A DNA stretch of 25,940 bases from a virus (taxonomy: Duplodnaviria > Caudoviricetes), in the IMG/VR virus record IMGVR_UViG_3300046807_000016, positions 1 through 25,940 of that record, one strand, 5' to 3'. Made by a program: the position numbers and the translations under genes. This document shows positions 7,042 to 15,331 of the stretch, in pieces. The notes beneath the pieces were generated by a model. It did no database searches. It worked only from the letters and a program-made list of their open reading frames with translations, and was not told the DNA's origin. Numbering within the stretch: the stretch's first letter is position 1; each line of letters starts with the position of its first letter.

Positions 7042-7474
7042 GCATTGTACATTGTGTGGTTTAATCTCCTCAGAGCTAACTAAGTTTGTTAAAGCCAAAG
7101 GAAGTAAGTATGGCTTTAGGAACCGATGTATAGCGTGTGAGCAAAAGAGAAAAGACTCACATCCTAAAATGAAGGACTGGAAGACAGATCACCAAACAAA
7201 GAAGAGATACGGGGTGGACGCTGCCACGTACAAACAAAGGATGTCAACAAGTAGCTGTTGTGAAATCTGCGGTAAAACCGAAGAATTGTGTTACGATCAC
7301 TGTCACGATACACTGAAATTTAGAGGAGTATTGTGTAGGGGATGTAATCGATCCTTGGGTCAACTAGGAGATAACATAGAAGGAATTGAAAAAGTACTTG
7401 ATTACTTAAAGAAACCCATTGACATTGCACGAAAGTGTGATACAATAATTGTGAATCAAACGAAAGGAACTTAG
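6998..7474 (+). CDS. Endonuclease VII-family (His-Me) protein, probable free-standing homing endonuclease
   Basis: N-terminal CTLC...RCIAC; KRYGV; CEICG...YDHCHDT.KFRGVLCRGCN.SLG. The start could be 7013. Confidence 0.88.
   Translation: MENINMENHGDTPTRHCTLCGLISSELTKFVKAKGSKYGFRNRCIACEQKRKDSHPKMKDWKTDHQTKKRYGVDAATYKQRMSTSSCCEICGKTEELCYDHCHDTLKFRGVLCRGCNRSLGQLGDNIEGIEKVLDYLKKPIDIARKCDTIIVNQTKGT
7419..7446 (+). promoter_or_regulatory. sigma70 promoter TTGACA-N16-TACAAT with extended -10 (TGn)
   Basis: TTGACA 7419-7424, TG 7438-7439, TACAAT 7441-7446. Followed by AAT like the 2037 promoter, then an AAAGGA RBS. Confidence 0.75.
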
Positions 7475-7624
7475 ATGACTTTTAATCTCGAAACTAACGA
7501 AGCAGCTTTCATCATCCGTGTGATCGGACAACTGCCTACCGAATCAGGTGCTTTCCCATTGCACCAGAAGTTGGTGGAGCAGTATAAAGCACAGGAAGAG
7601 ATCGCTGACGTAGAAGTCAAGTAA
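7475..7624 (+). CDS. 49-aa hypothetical protein (not in ORF track)
   Basis: MTFNLETNEAAFIIRVIGQLPTESGAFPLHQKLVEQYKAQEEIADVEVK. AAAGGA RBS. Confidence 0.75.
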   Translation: MTFNLETNEAAFIIRVIGQLPTESGAFPLHQKLVEQYKAQEEIADVEVK

Positions 7625-7630
7625 CATCAA

Positions 7631-7715
7631 GCGAGTGTGGTGGAATTGGTATACACAGCAGACTTAAAATCTGCCGCCGAAAGGCTTGCGGGTTCGACCC
7701 CCGCCACTCGCACCA
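7631..7715 (+). tRNA. tRNA-Leu (anticodon TAA) with encoded CCA
   Basis: Acceptor GCGAGTG/CACTCGC + ACCA; anticodon arm GCAGA-CTTAAAA-TCTGC; long variable arm GCC-GAAA-GGC; T arm GCGGG-TTCGACC-CCCGC. Confidence 0.97.
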
Positions 7716-7769
7716 ACCCCGACAGTCTGGAAAGACAGACATTCTCATAACATTTAAAGGAAAATTCTC

Positions 7770-8183
7770 ATGGATAACAAACCTGTCAAAGTCTCTGGTC
7801 AACTCTTTTGGGCTAACTGGATGAAGGACTTCAATACCAAATTCAACGAGGACAACACCAAGTATGAATGCACACTGGGTATGCTCTCTGACAAGGCTTG
7901 TGAGGCTCTTAAAGGCCAAGGTATTGTGATCAAGAACAAGGACACAATGGGTAACTACATTGTTGGTAAGTCTAAGTTTGTGTTCGAGCCTGTGGATGAA
8001 CAGGGTAACGCTGTTGACATTGGTCAGATTGGTAATGGTACTAAGGTGACTGCTCTGGTTGGCTCTTATCGCCACAAGATGAGTGCTAAGTATGGCGCTG
8101 CTCCTTCGATTGGTAAGCTCATCGTTACTGACTTGGTTGTCTACGGTGAAGATGCCGAAGGTGACGATGACGACATCCTCTAA
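7770..8183 (+). CDS. Putative ssDNA-binding protein (T7 gp2.5-like position and features)
   Basis: Beta-rich, aromatic N-terminus; acidic tail ending in a hydrophobic residue (GDDDDIL); located between polymerase and exonuclease; AAAGGA RBS. Confidence 0.65.
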   Translation: MDNKPVKVSGQLFWANWMKDFNTKFNEDNTKYECTLGMLSDKACEALKGQGIVIKNKDTMGNYIVGKSKFVFEPVDEQGNAVDIGQIGNGTKVTALVGSYRHKMSAKYGAAPSIGKLIVTDLVVYGEDAEGDDDDIL

Positions 8184-8940
8184 GCAGGAACCTAAGATTG
8201 CACTGATCGATGCTGACTTTCTTGTTTACCGTATTGGATTCAGTACGGAGGATGAGCCAGTTGGCATCGCTAAGGCACGATTAACGGAGTGGTTAGAAGA
8301 CTTTATCTACGTGAATCTCAAGGCTGATCATTATCTAGCTTGGCTCACAGGTAAATCTAACTACCGTTATGACATTGCCAAGACAGTGCCGTACAAAGGC
8401 AACCGTAAGGATGTACTCAGACCTAAGCACTATGAAGCCCTGCGGGAGCACTTAGTCAAGCGTCATGATGCCATCGTTACAGTTGGTGAGGAAGCTGATG
8501 ATGCCGTAGCCATTGACTCCACTAAGCTCTTGGATGAGTGCTGGATTGTTCATGTGGATAAGGACTTGGATCAGCTTCAAGGATGGCACTACAACCCTGT
8601 TCGAGATGAGAGGTACTATGTTAGCGATTTCGATGCGTACAAAGCGTTCTGTACTCAGTTACTCACGGGTGACAGGATCGACAACATCCCATGCTTGGCT
8701 GGAATTGGCCCTAAAAAGGCGGCTAAAGCTCTGGCGGAAGCAAAGACTAAAGAAGAACTTCTACAAGCAGTCTTTGACAAGTATCAAGAACTGGGACATA
8801 CGGCAGAGTATTTTACTGAACAAGGACAGCTCCTGTGGCTGAGACGTTATGAAGGACAAATATGGCAACCGGACGTAAAATTACTGCCAAACAAGTTGCA
8901 ATCAAGTACGGATTCAGATCAGGCCTTGAAGAGCGAGTAG
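8167..8940 (+). CDS. T7 gp6-like 5'-3' exonuclease / RNase H (start revised from 8083)
   Basis: LIDADFLVY, NYR, YKGNR, EADD, DKDLDQ, GDRIDNIPCLAGIGPKKA (H3TH). Confidence 0.93.
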   Translation: MTTSSKQEPKIALIDADFLVYRIGFSTEDEPVGIAKARLTEWLEDFIYVNLKADHYLAWLTGKSNYRYDIAKTVPYKGNRKDVLRPKHYEALREHLVKRHDAIVTVGEEADDAVAIDSTKLLDECWIVHVDKDLDQLQGWHYNPVRDERYYVSDFDAYKAFCTQLLTGDRIDNIPCLAGIGPKKAAKALAEAKTKEELLQAVFDKYQELGHTAEYFTEQGQLLWLRRYEGQIWQPDVKLLPNKLQSSTDSDQALKSE

Positions 8941-9284
8941 CGGAACAGTTGGATCAGTTAGGAGTGTCTTACACATACGAGAAGGTTAAGCTGAAGTACA
9001 TCAAGCCTGCTTCCTCTCATGTGTACACACCTGACTTCCAGCTTCCAAACGGGATCATTGTGGAGACTAAAGGGCGCTTCTTAGCACCTGATCGTCAGAA
9101 GCATTTGTTAGTTAAGAGACATAATCCCGATCTCGACATTAGGTTTGTATTCAGTAATTCCAATGCACGTATCAGCAAAACGTCTAAGACAACGTATGCT
9201 ATGTGGTGTCGGAAGAACGGATACAAGTTTGCTGATAAGACTATCCCCGAGGAGTGGATTAATGAACGGAGTGAATGCACATGA
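8862..9284 (+). CDS. T7 gp3-like endonuclease I (Holliday junction resolvase)
   Basis: GFRSGLE, YTPDFQLPNGIIVETKGRF, DRQKHL, DIRFVFSNS, TTYAMWC. Confidence 0.95.
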   Translation: MATGRKITAKQVAIKYGFRSGLEERVAEQLDQLGVSYTYEKVKLKYIKPASSHVYTPDFQLPNGIIVETKGRFLAPDRQKHLLVKRHNPDLDIRFVFSNSNARISKTSKTTYAMWCRKNGYKFADKTIPEEWINERSECT

Positions 9285-9418
9285 AAGTAACAGTTAAAGA
9301 GACAAAGGTCACTACTTATACGTTCACAGCGTATGAGCGTGACTATTTGATCAAGATGGGTATGTGGGGTTTCATCAATGCCCGATTGTGGGATGGCGAA
9401 AGGATTGAAGTTGAGTAA
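9281..9418 (+). CDS. 45-aa hypothetical protein (not in ORF track)
   Basis: MKVTVKETKVTTYTFTAYERDYLIKMGMWGFINARLWDGERIEVE. ATGA overlap with the endonuclease I stop; GGAG upstream. Confidence 0.65.
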   Translation: MKVTVKETKVTTYTFTAYERDYLIKMGMWGFINARLWDGERIEVE

Positions 9419-10052
9419 TGTTAAAGTAGTTTGGGCTACACCGAATGCTGAAGAAGCTGTAGCGTACTGTGCTCGTGTGAGTAACCCTGAGAACCAGAAT
9501 GCTCAAGAGACAGCGCCTAAGCTTTTGAAGTATCTGATCAAGCATAAGCACTGGTCACCTTTCGAGATGGCTAACGTGTGTATGGAGATCGAGACTACTC
9601 GTGACATTGCTCGGCAGATTCTTCGTCATCGTAGCTTCAGCTTCCAAGAGTTCTCTCAGCGATATGCTGCTGTGCAAGGCTTTGAGATGTCTGAGGTGCG
9701 CTTGCAGGACACGAAGAACCGACAGAACAGTATCGAAGTGGGTGACTCTGCAATGCATGGTTGGTGGTTCAATGCACAGAAACGTATCCGTGATGATGCT
9801 GAGTTGATGTACAATATGGCATTGGCTAAAGGTATTGCTAAGGAGCAAGCCCGTAAGCTGCTACCTGAAGGACTGACAATGAGTAAGATGTACATGAACG
9901 GTACACTGCGTAGTTGGCTGCACTATGTGGATATTCGCTGTGACAAGGCTACGCAGAAGGAACATCGAGAGGTAGCTGAGAAGTGTCGTGATGAGTTGAC
10001 TAAGTTGTTCCCTAACACAATGGAGGCATTTAATGCGAATCGAACAGATTGA
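9411..10052 (+). CDS. thyX: FAD-dependent thymidylate synthase (likely TTG start at 9411)
   Basis: ARVSNP, HWSPFE, RHRSFSFQEFSQRY, KEQARKLLP, TQKEHR. AAAGGA upstream of the TTG. Confidence 0.96.
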   Translation: MSNVKVVWATPNAEEAVAYCARVSNPENQNAQETAPKLLKYLIKHKHWSPFEMANVCMEIETTRDIARQILRHRSFSFQEFSQRYAAVQGFEMSEVRLQDTKNRQNSIEVGDSAMHGWWFNAQKRIRDDAELMYNMALAKGIAKEQARKLLPEGLTMSKMYMNGTLRSWLHYVDIRCDKATQKEHREVAEKCRDELTKLFPNTMEAFNANRTD

Positions 10053-10329
10053 AGACTTGCTGGATGAGTTTGACTTTGATAAGGTCAAGAAGGTTATGGA
10101 TTGTCTTGGGTGGAAATACTTTGATAGTTCAGACAGTGAGGTGAGTATTGGTGAGCTTCGGCGTATGGCACGTAGATTGCTGGAGGGCGTATACAAAGCT
10201 GATCCTTCCCCTGAATACTATACTGCTTCAGGTGGCTTTGATGTCACTCGGTATATGTACCCCGGCGATACTCAGAAGTATATTACCTTGAAGTTTGTAG
10301 TAGCAGAATGGAGTAACCCTGTATGTTGA
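10033..10329 (+). CDS. 98-aa hypothetical protein (FDFDKV..VM..LGW, ASGGF)
   Basis: GGAGG RBS; overlaps thyX. Confidence 0.75.
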   Translation: MRIEQIEDLLDEFDFDKVKKVMDCLGWKYFDSSDSEVSIGELRRMARRLLEGVYKADPSPEYYTASGGFDVTRYMYPGDTQKYITLKFVVAEWSNPVC

Positions 10330-10631
10330 TGGAAGAGTATCAAGAACTAGCGTTCAAGACAGCGCTAGAGACAGCAAAGAACCCTGCTTACATGGTATCT
10401 AACCTTACCTCGGAAGCTGGTGAAGTTGCAGGTAAGTATGCCAAGTGGATTCGAGATGGTATCTTGGATGAAGAAGGTATGCAAAAGGAAGTTGGTGATG
10501 TACTGTGGCAGATCGCTGGTCTGTCTACGGTGATGGGCTGGAGCTTAGCTGACCTAGCAAGTAAGAACTTGCAGAAGCTGGCACAACGACAGATTCACAA
10601 TACCCTCACAGGGTCAGGAGATGAACGATGA
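10323..10631 (+). CDS. MazG-like NTP pyrophosphohydrolase
   Basis: YQELA..TA, SEAGEV, KEVGDVLW, NLQKL..R, GSGD.R. Confidence 0.9.
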   Translation: MLMEEYQELAFKTALETAKNPAYMVSNLTSEAGEVAGKYAKWIRDGILDEEGMQKEVGDVLWQIAGLSTVMGWSLADLASKNLQKLAQRQIHNTLTGSGDER

Positions 10632-10918
10632 TTGATATGGAAGACCACACAGCATATTCTTTTCAGTATGTCGACTGTGACGGAAAGGTGTACACAACAA
10701 AGTTTAACAATCCCGGCCCTACATGGATGGAGTGTTTGGATGACTTTGTAAACTTCCTTGAGTCTGTGTATAAGTACGACATTCGATCTAAGATTCGCTT
10801 GCGTGATGACCAACAGGTTAAGAATAATCCTTGGTCTTACATCGATCCTTGGAGTGGTGAGTACTATGTGCCAGAGGAAGAGTCCAAGGAAAACACTCAC
10901 TTCAGTTGGGATGAATGA
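10628..10918 (+). CDS. 96-aa hypothetical protein
   Basis: AGGAG RBS; ATGA-coupled at both ends. Confidence 0.75.
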   Translation: MIDMEDHTAYSFQYVDCDGKVYTTKFNNPGPTWMECLDDFVNFLESVYKYDIRSKIRLRDDQQVKNNPWSYIDPWSGEYYVPEEESKENTHFSWDE

Positions 10919-11685
10919 TGCGTATATTGGTAATCCCTGACTGTCAAGTCAAAGAAGGAGTACCACTAGAGCATCTAGAATGGGCAGGTAAGGCTATCTG
11001 TGAGTATCGACCAGATGTTGTTGTGAACATTGGTGACTTCGCGGACCTACCTTCACTGTCCACTCACGATGTGAAGGGGTCTAAGTACTTTGAAGGACTG
11101 CGTTACAAGAAGGACATTGAGGTGACTAAGGAGGCTATGAAGATGCTTCTGAAGCCCTTGCGTGATCTTCAAAGTAAGCAGAAGAAGAACAAGGAGAAGG
11201 TTTACAAGCCTCGGATGGTATTGACTCTGGGTAACCACGAGAATCGTATCGACCGAGCTGTAAACAATAACCCTACACTTGAAGGATTGATCAGTGTTAA
11301 CGATCTCGGGTATGACAAAGATTGGGAAGTTCACAGCTTCCTCCATCCTGTCTTTATCAATGGTGTTGGCTTTAATCACTATTGGCCTGTCGGTGCGATG
11401 GGAAGGCCAGCAGGGACTGCTAGTGCTCTTGTCAATAAGTTGCATATGTCTTGCGTGGCTGGTCACCAACAGGGAAAGCAGATTGCCTATGGTAAACGTG
11501 CTGATGGGAAACCTATTTGCGGTATCATCGCTGGTAGTTATTATCTACACGATGAGTCGTACATGGACAAACTATCTAACCGTCACTGGCGTGGCTTGGT
11601 TGTCTTAAATGATGTGAAAGACGGAGGCTTTGATGAAATGCTGCTCTCTATCGAATACTTACAAAGGAAGTACAGTGGTAAATAA
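10915..11685 (+). CDS. Calcineurin-like metallophosphoesterase
   Basis: IPDCQ, GDFAD, LGNHE, FNHY, AGHQQ motifs. Confidence 0.9.
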   Translation: MMRILVIPDCQVKEGVPLEHLEWAGKAICEYRPDVVVNIGDFADLPSLSTHDVKGSKYFEGLRYKKDIEVTKEAMKMLLKPLRDLQSKQKKNKEKVYKPRMVLTLGNHENRIDRAVNNNPTLEGLISVNDLGYDKDWEVHSFLHPVFINGVGFNHYWPVGAMGRPAGTASALVNKLHMSCVAGHQQGKQIAYGKRADGKPICGIIAGSYYLHDESYMDKLSNRHWRGLVVLNDVKDGGFDEMLLSIEYLQRKYSGK

Positions 11686-12139
11686 ATGTGATCAGTGCTT
11701 CTATGCACTCATGGACAAGGACACTGAAGCTCCTTGTGTGACCTGTCGTGGCTATTCCAACTTTGTTCAAGGATCAATCTATGCAGCAAGTCATTCTTCC
11801 AAGCCTCTTAAAGAAGCTATTGATGATTGGTTCAAGAATGGACAAGATCAGCTCCGTGAAGAGTTCTGGTATGATGTTGTAGACAAACCTAAACACTATA
11901 TGCTGTTCGAGGATCAAGGCATTGAAGTGCGGGATGTTATCGAGAAGCTGGCATTAAAGGTTAAAGAAGCACCTTTGATGCCATGCTACAAAGATTACCC
12001 GCTCTTTGAAGCAGACTACGTACAGATGATGCAATACTTGATGCGCTTTATGGACAAGAATGGTCAAGAGGACTTGAAGAAAGCCCGATGGTACTTGGAT
12101 AAGCTGATTGATAGCTATGAGTATGAGCATAACATTTGA
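11675..12139 (+). CDS. DUF3310 (T7 gp1.7/SaV-like) protein with N-terminal CxxC...CxxC (likely GTG start at 11675)
   Basis: VDKPKHY...EVRDVI...YLMRF.DKNG.EDLKKARWYLDKLI. AAAGGA upstream. Confidence 0.8.
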   Translation: MVNKCDQCFYALMDKDTEAPCVTCRGYSNFVQGSIYAASHSSKPLKEAIDDWFKNGQDQLREEFWYDVVDKPKHYMLFEDQGIEVRDVIEKLALKVKEAPLMPCYKDYPLFEADYVQMMQYLMRFMDKNGQEDLKKARWYLDKLIDSYEYEHNI

Positions 12140-12278
12140 AGAGCTTAAAGAGAAGCTTCAAAGCGTTGACGAAGTGACACTGCTGGAACTGTTAGAGATT
12201 CGCAGTGATGACATAGTAGAGCGCTTTGAGGACTTCATTGAAGAACAACAGGATAAACTAATGCGGGAGATCGAATGA
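12123..12278 (+). CDS. 51-aa acidic hypothetical protein (not in ORF track)
   Basis: MSITFEELKEKLQSVDEVTLLELLEIRSDDIVERFEDFIEEQQDKLMREIE. ATGA overlap with RNR beta. Confidence 0.75.
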   Translation: MSITFEELKEKLQSVDEVTLLELLEIRSDDIVERFEDFIEEQQDKLMREIE

Positions 12279-13231
12279 GAAACCTTCTAACCAAGAAGAA
12301 TACGTACACCTTCGACTATCCAGAGGCTCTGGCCTTTGCGGATAAACAGAATGGTGTGTTCTGGACTTTTGATGAGATTGACTTAGAGAAAGATGTACAC
12401 AGTATTCTTACCGACTTTACTGGCGCTGAACGTCATGGTGTTACTACTGCACTCAAGCTCTTTACCAAGTACGAACGTATTGTCGGTGATGAGTATTGGT
12501 CTGGCACTGTTAAACCTAACTTTCAGCATCCTGATATTGGCTTGATGGCTGATGCCTTCTGTTACTTTGAGAGTAATGTCCATGCACGATTTTACAACCG
12601 GATTAATGAACTACTTGGACTCGCTACTGAAGAGTTCCATCAATCTTGGCAGTATGATCCTGTATTGGCTAGCCGTGTTGGGTACTTGGATGCTATTGCT
12701 GGTAGTCGTGATATTCCCCTTTCCTTGGCTGTCTTCTCCATGATGGAAGGTTGTATCCTGTATTCTAGCTTTGCTTTCCTGAAGCACTTCCAGAGTAACG
12801 GTAAGAACAAACTGAGTAACCTTGTGGCTGGTATCAACTTCTCCGTACGAGATGAGAACATCCACCACGAAGCAGGTGCTTGGCTGTTCCGTACGTACAT
12901 GGAAGAGAACAAGCTGGATAAGGCATGGATGAAGTCACGAGTTGAGCAAGCTGCTAAGGCATTGGTTGATCATGAGCATCGTATCGTTGATCTGTTGTTC
13001 TCTCAAGGTGAGATTGAAGGTATCAATGCTCCCGCGATGAAGGCATTCGTCAATGCACGAGCTAACGTATGCTTGAACAATCTGGGCTTTGACAGTATCT
13101 TTGATGAAACTGGTGATACAATCTCTGACTGGTTCTATCTTGGTATCTCGTCATCGACAATCCATGACTTCTTCGCCAAGGTGGGTAATCAGTACAATCG
13201 TAAGTGGAACGAGAAAGGCTTTGTATGGTAA
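12275..13231 (+). CDS. nrdB: Class I ribonucleotide reductase beta subunit
   Basis: FWTFDEIDLEKD, ESNVHARFY, MEGCILYSSF, RDENIH, C-terminal HDFF....QY. Confidence 0.94.
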   Translation: MRNLLTKKNTYTFDYPEALAFADKQNGVFWTFDEIDLEKDVHSILTDFTGAERHGVTTALKLFTKYERIVGDEYWSGTVKPNFQHPDIGLMADAFCYFESNVHARFYNRINELLGLATEEFHQSWQYDPVLASRVGYLDAIAGSRDIPLSLAVFSMMEGCILYSSFAFLKHFQSNGKNKLSNLVAGINFSVRDENIHHEAGAWLFRTYMEENKLDKAWMKSRVEQAAKALVDHEHRIVDLLFSQGEIEGINAPAMKAFVNARANVCLNNLGFDSIFDETGDTISDWFYLGISSSTIHDFFAKVGNQYNRKWNEKGFVW

Positions 13232-14934
13232 GCGCAGTGTTGGACAATAAGTATGAGTTCCTGAGTGCTGAGCGTAAGCGTCTACAGCAACAAGGACTCT
13301 TGCCTGAATGGTATCAGACAGGTGGATGGGGACTGTTCAAGAGCAAGTACATGGAAGGCTCAACGAGCTTTAAGAACCGTGTGGAACAGATCGCTGCTAC
13401 GGCAGCTAAACATGCACCTAAGGATGGAGTTGATTGGTATGCTAAGTTCTTTGAAGTTATCTGGAATGGTTGGCTGTCTCCGAGTACTCCAACGCTGGCT
13501 AACTTGGGTACTAACAAAGGTATGCCTGTGGCCTGTAGCGGTCAGTACATTGGTGATTCTGTTGCTGACTTTTATGGTGAGCTTCTTGATACTGCTGTGC
13601 TCACTAAAAATGGCTTCGGTACTAGCGGTTATCTGGGAGACATTCGACCACGGGGTTCGCAAATCGCGACTGGAGGGACAGCTTCGGGAGTTCTACCAGT
13701 CTTTCAAACCTATGTGGATGCGATGAAGCGTGTCACCCAAGGCGTTGCTCGTCGTGGCGCTTGGGCAGGTTACTTGCCTATTGATCATCCTGACTTTCAC
13801 GAGTTGGCTGACTGGGTGAAGAATAACCCTGATGATGCTAACGTAGGTTGGACAGTGAGTACTGAGTTCATGGACTCTCTTGACTCCGGTCATCCAGAGG
13901 CTATTGAGCGTTATCAGAAGGCGTTGAAGCTGAAGATGTTGACAGGTAAGGGTTACTTCTTGTTCACCGATAAGGTTGCACAAGCCCGTCCTGATACGTA
14001 TAAGGCTCATGGCTTGGATGTTAAGGCTTCTAATCTGTGTACAGAAATCATGTTGCACAGTGGTGAAGATGAGACATTCACTTGTATCTTGGCTAGTATG
14101 AACTTGGAGAAGTATGATGAGTGGAAAGACACCGATGCTGTATTTGTTGCGACAGTATTTCTCGATTGTGTTACTAGTGAGTTCCTGTCGATGGCTGCTG
14201 GCAAAAGAGGCTTTGAAAAGGCAGTGGCGAGTACTGAAAAGAGTCGTGCGCTAGGCCTTGGTGTTCTTGGTTGGCACTCGTTGCTGCACAAGAAGAAGAT
14301 TCCCTTTGAGAGCTTCCAAGCTCAGAAACTTAACGTGGAGATTTTCAATGAGCTTAATCGACAGTCAGGAAGTGCTTCCCGATACTTGGCAGACAAACTT
14401 GGAGAGCCTGAATACTGCAAAGGATATGGTGTGCGAAATACTCATCGACTGGCCGTTGCTCCAACGATGTCTACCTCTCAGCTCATGGGAGGAGTGTCTC
14501 AAGGTATTGAACCTTTTATCGGTAACGTGTTTGTCCAGCAAGGAGCGGGAGGAGAGACTATCCGAGTTGTACCCGAACTATTGGAGATCATGAAGCGTGA
14601 AGGTGTGTACAGCCGTGAGACGTTGCTTGAGATTGCAAGTCACGATGGCTCTATCCAGCACGTATCATGGATGACCGAGGAGGAGAAGCAGGTGTTCAAG
14701 ACAGCCTTTGAGATTGATCCATATGTGATCCTTCAGCAGGCTTCTGATCGTCAGCGCTACATCTGCCAAGGTCAATCTATCAATCTGTTCTTCGGTGCAG
14801 ATGATCCAGAGGAACACATTAGCTCTGTCCACAAGGCAGCGTTTAAAGACCCTCGTATCTTGAGTCTGTACTACATTCGTACCAAGGCTGGTGTCAGCGC
14901 CAGCTCAGGTGAATGTGTTGCCTGTCACGCTTAA
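13225..14934 (+). CDS. nrdA: Class I ribonucleotide reductase alpha subunit, compact, no ATP cone (start revised to 13225)
   Basis: SPSTPTLAN, VACS, QG.ARRGA, SNLCTEI, TCILAS, R.LGLG, APTMST, QGQSIN, SLYYIR, C-terminal CVAC. Confidence 0.96.
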   Translation: MVSAVLDNKYEFLSAERKRLQQQGLLPEWYQTGGWGLFKSKYMEGSTSFKNRVEQIAATAAKHAPKDGVDWYAKFFEVIWNGWLSPSTPTLANLGTNKGMPVACSGQYIGDSVADFYGELLDTAVLTKNGFGTSGYLGDIRPRGSQIATGGTASGVLPVFQTYVDAMKRVTQGVARRGAWAGYLPIDHPDFHELADWVKNNPDDANVGWTVSTEFMDSLDSGHPEAIERYQKALKLKMLTGKGYFLFTDKVAQARPDTYKAHGLDVKASNLCTEIMLHSGEDETFTCILASMNLEKYDEWKDTDAVFVATVFLDCVTSEFLSMAAGKRGFEKAVASTEKSRALGLGVLGWHSLLHKKKIPFESFQAQKLNVEIFNELNRQSGSASRYLADKLGEPEYCKGYGVRNTHRLAVAPTMSTSQLMGGVSQGIEPFIGNVFVQQGAGGETIRVVPELLEIMKREGVYSRETLLEIASHDGSIQHVSWMTEEEKQVFKTAFEIDPYVILQQASDRQRYICQGQSINLFFGADDPEEHISSVHKAAFKDPRILSLYYIRTKAGVSASSGECVACHA

Positions 14935-14948
14935 CAAAAGGAAGTATC

Positions 14949-15140
14949 ATGGAAGAATGGCAAAAACGAGTATTTACTGAACGTGAAGAGTTAGCAATGA
15001 AAATCGCTAAACTAGAACACTTTTTAGATGTCACTGATGTTGAAAATTATGATAAACCTTTTGATTTACTTCGCCGTCAGTTATCAGTAATGTGCGAATA
15101 CTACGATGTTCTAGATGAGCGTGTGAAGGAATTTGAATGA
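14949..15140 (+). CDS. 63-aa helical-hairpin protein, crAss001_48-like pattern
   Basis: WQKRV..E.EEL..KI.KL..FL...LL.RQL.VM..Y..VL.ER. AAAAGGA RBS; AT-rich. Confidence 0.7.
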   Translation: MEEWQKRVFTEREELAMKIAKLEHFLDVTDVENYDKPFDLLRRQLSVMCEYYDVLDERVKEFE

Positions 15141-15322
15141 AGATTGTGGTCTACAGCAAGGATAACTGCCCTGCTTGTACGGCTCTGAAGGCTCGCCTGA
15201 CTAAGGATGGCGAGTCCTTTACAGAGATCAATGTAGGTAAAGACATTACCCGTGAGGAGTTCCTAGAGAAGTTTCCACAGGTGCGTCAGATGCCCTACGT
15301 AGAGTTTATCAACGAAGTCTAA
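15137..15322 (+). CDS. Glutaredoxin/NrdH-like redoxin
   Basis: VYSKDNCPAC active site and RQMP cis-Pro motif; located just downstream of RNR. Confidence 0.9.
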   Translation: MKIVVYSKDNCPACTALKARLTKDGESFTEINVGKDITREEFLEKFPQVRQMPYVEFINEV

Positions 15323-15331
15323 AGGAAGTAC

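Noticed and set aside
6998-7474. Group I intron or intein in polA, nrdA or nrdB
   Set aside because: Each gene is a single uninterrupted ORF with all motifs and compact length; the endonucleases are free-standing.
7631-7715. tRNA as an attachment site or prophage boundary
   Set aside because: No integrase, no duplicated tRNA 3' end, and phage genes continue on both sides.
7617-8075. 152-aa - strand ORF
   Set aside because: Antisense shadow of the tRNA and SSB gene.
8862-8940. Programmed frameshift fusing exonuclease and endonuclease I
   Set aside because: Endonuclease I has its own AAGGA RBS and ATG; a simple 79-nt overlap explains the arrangement.
10323-12139. Modified-base (e.g. dZ or 7-deazaguanine) pathway suggested by MazG plus phosphoesterase
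   Set aside because: No PurZ, DatZ, Que/Dpd or transferase gene is recognisable, and restriction-site avoidance points to unmodified DNA.
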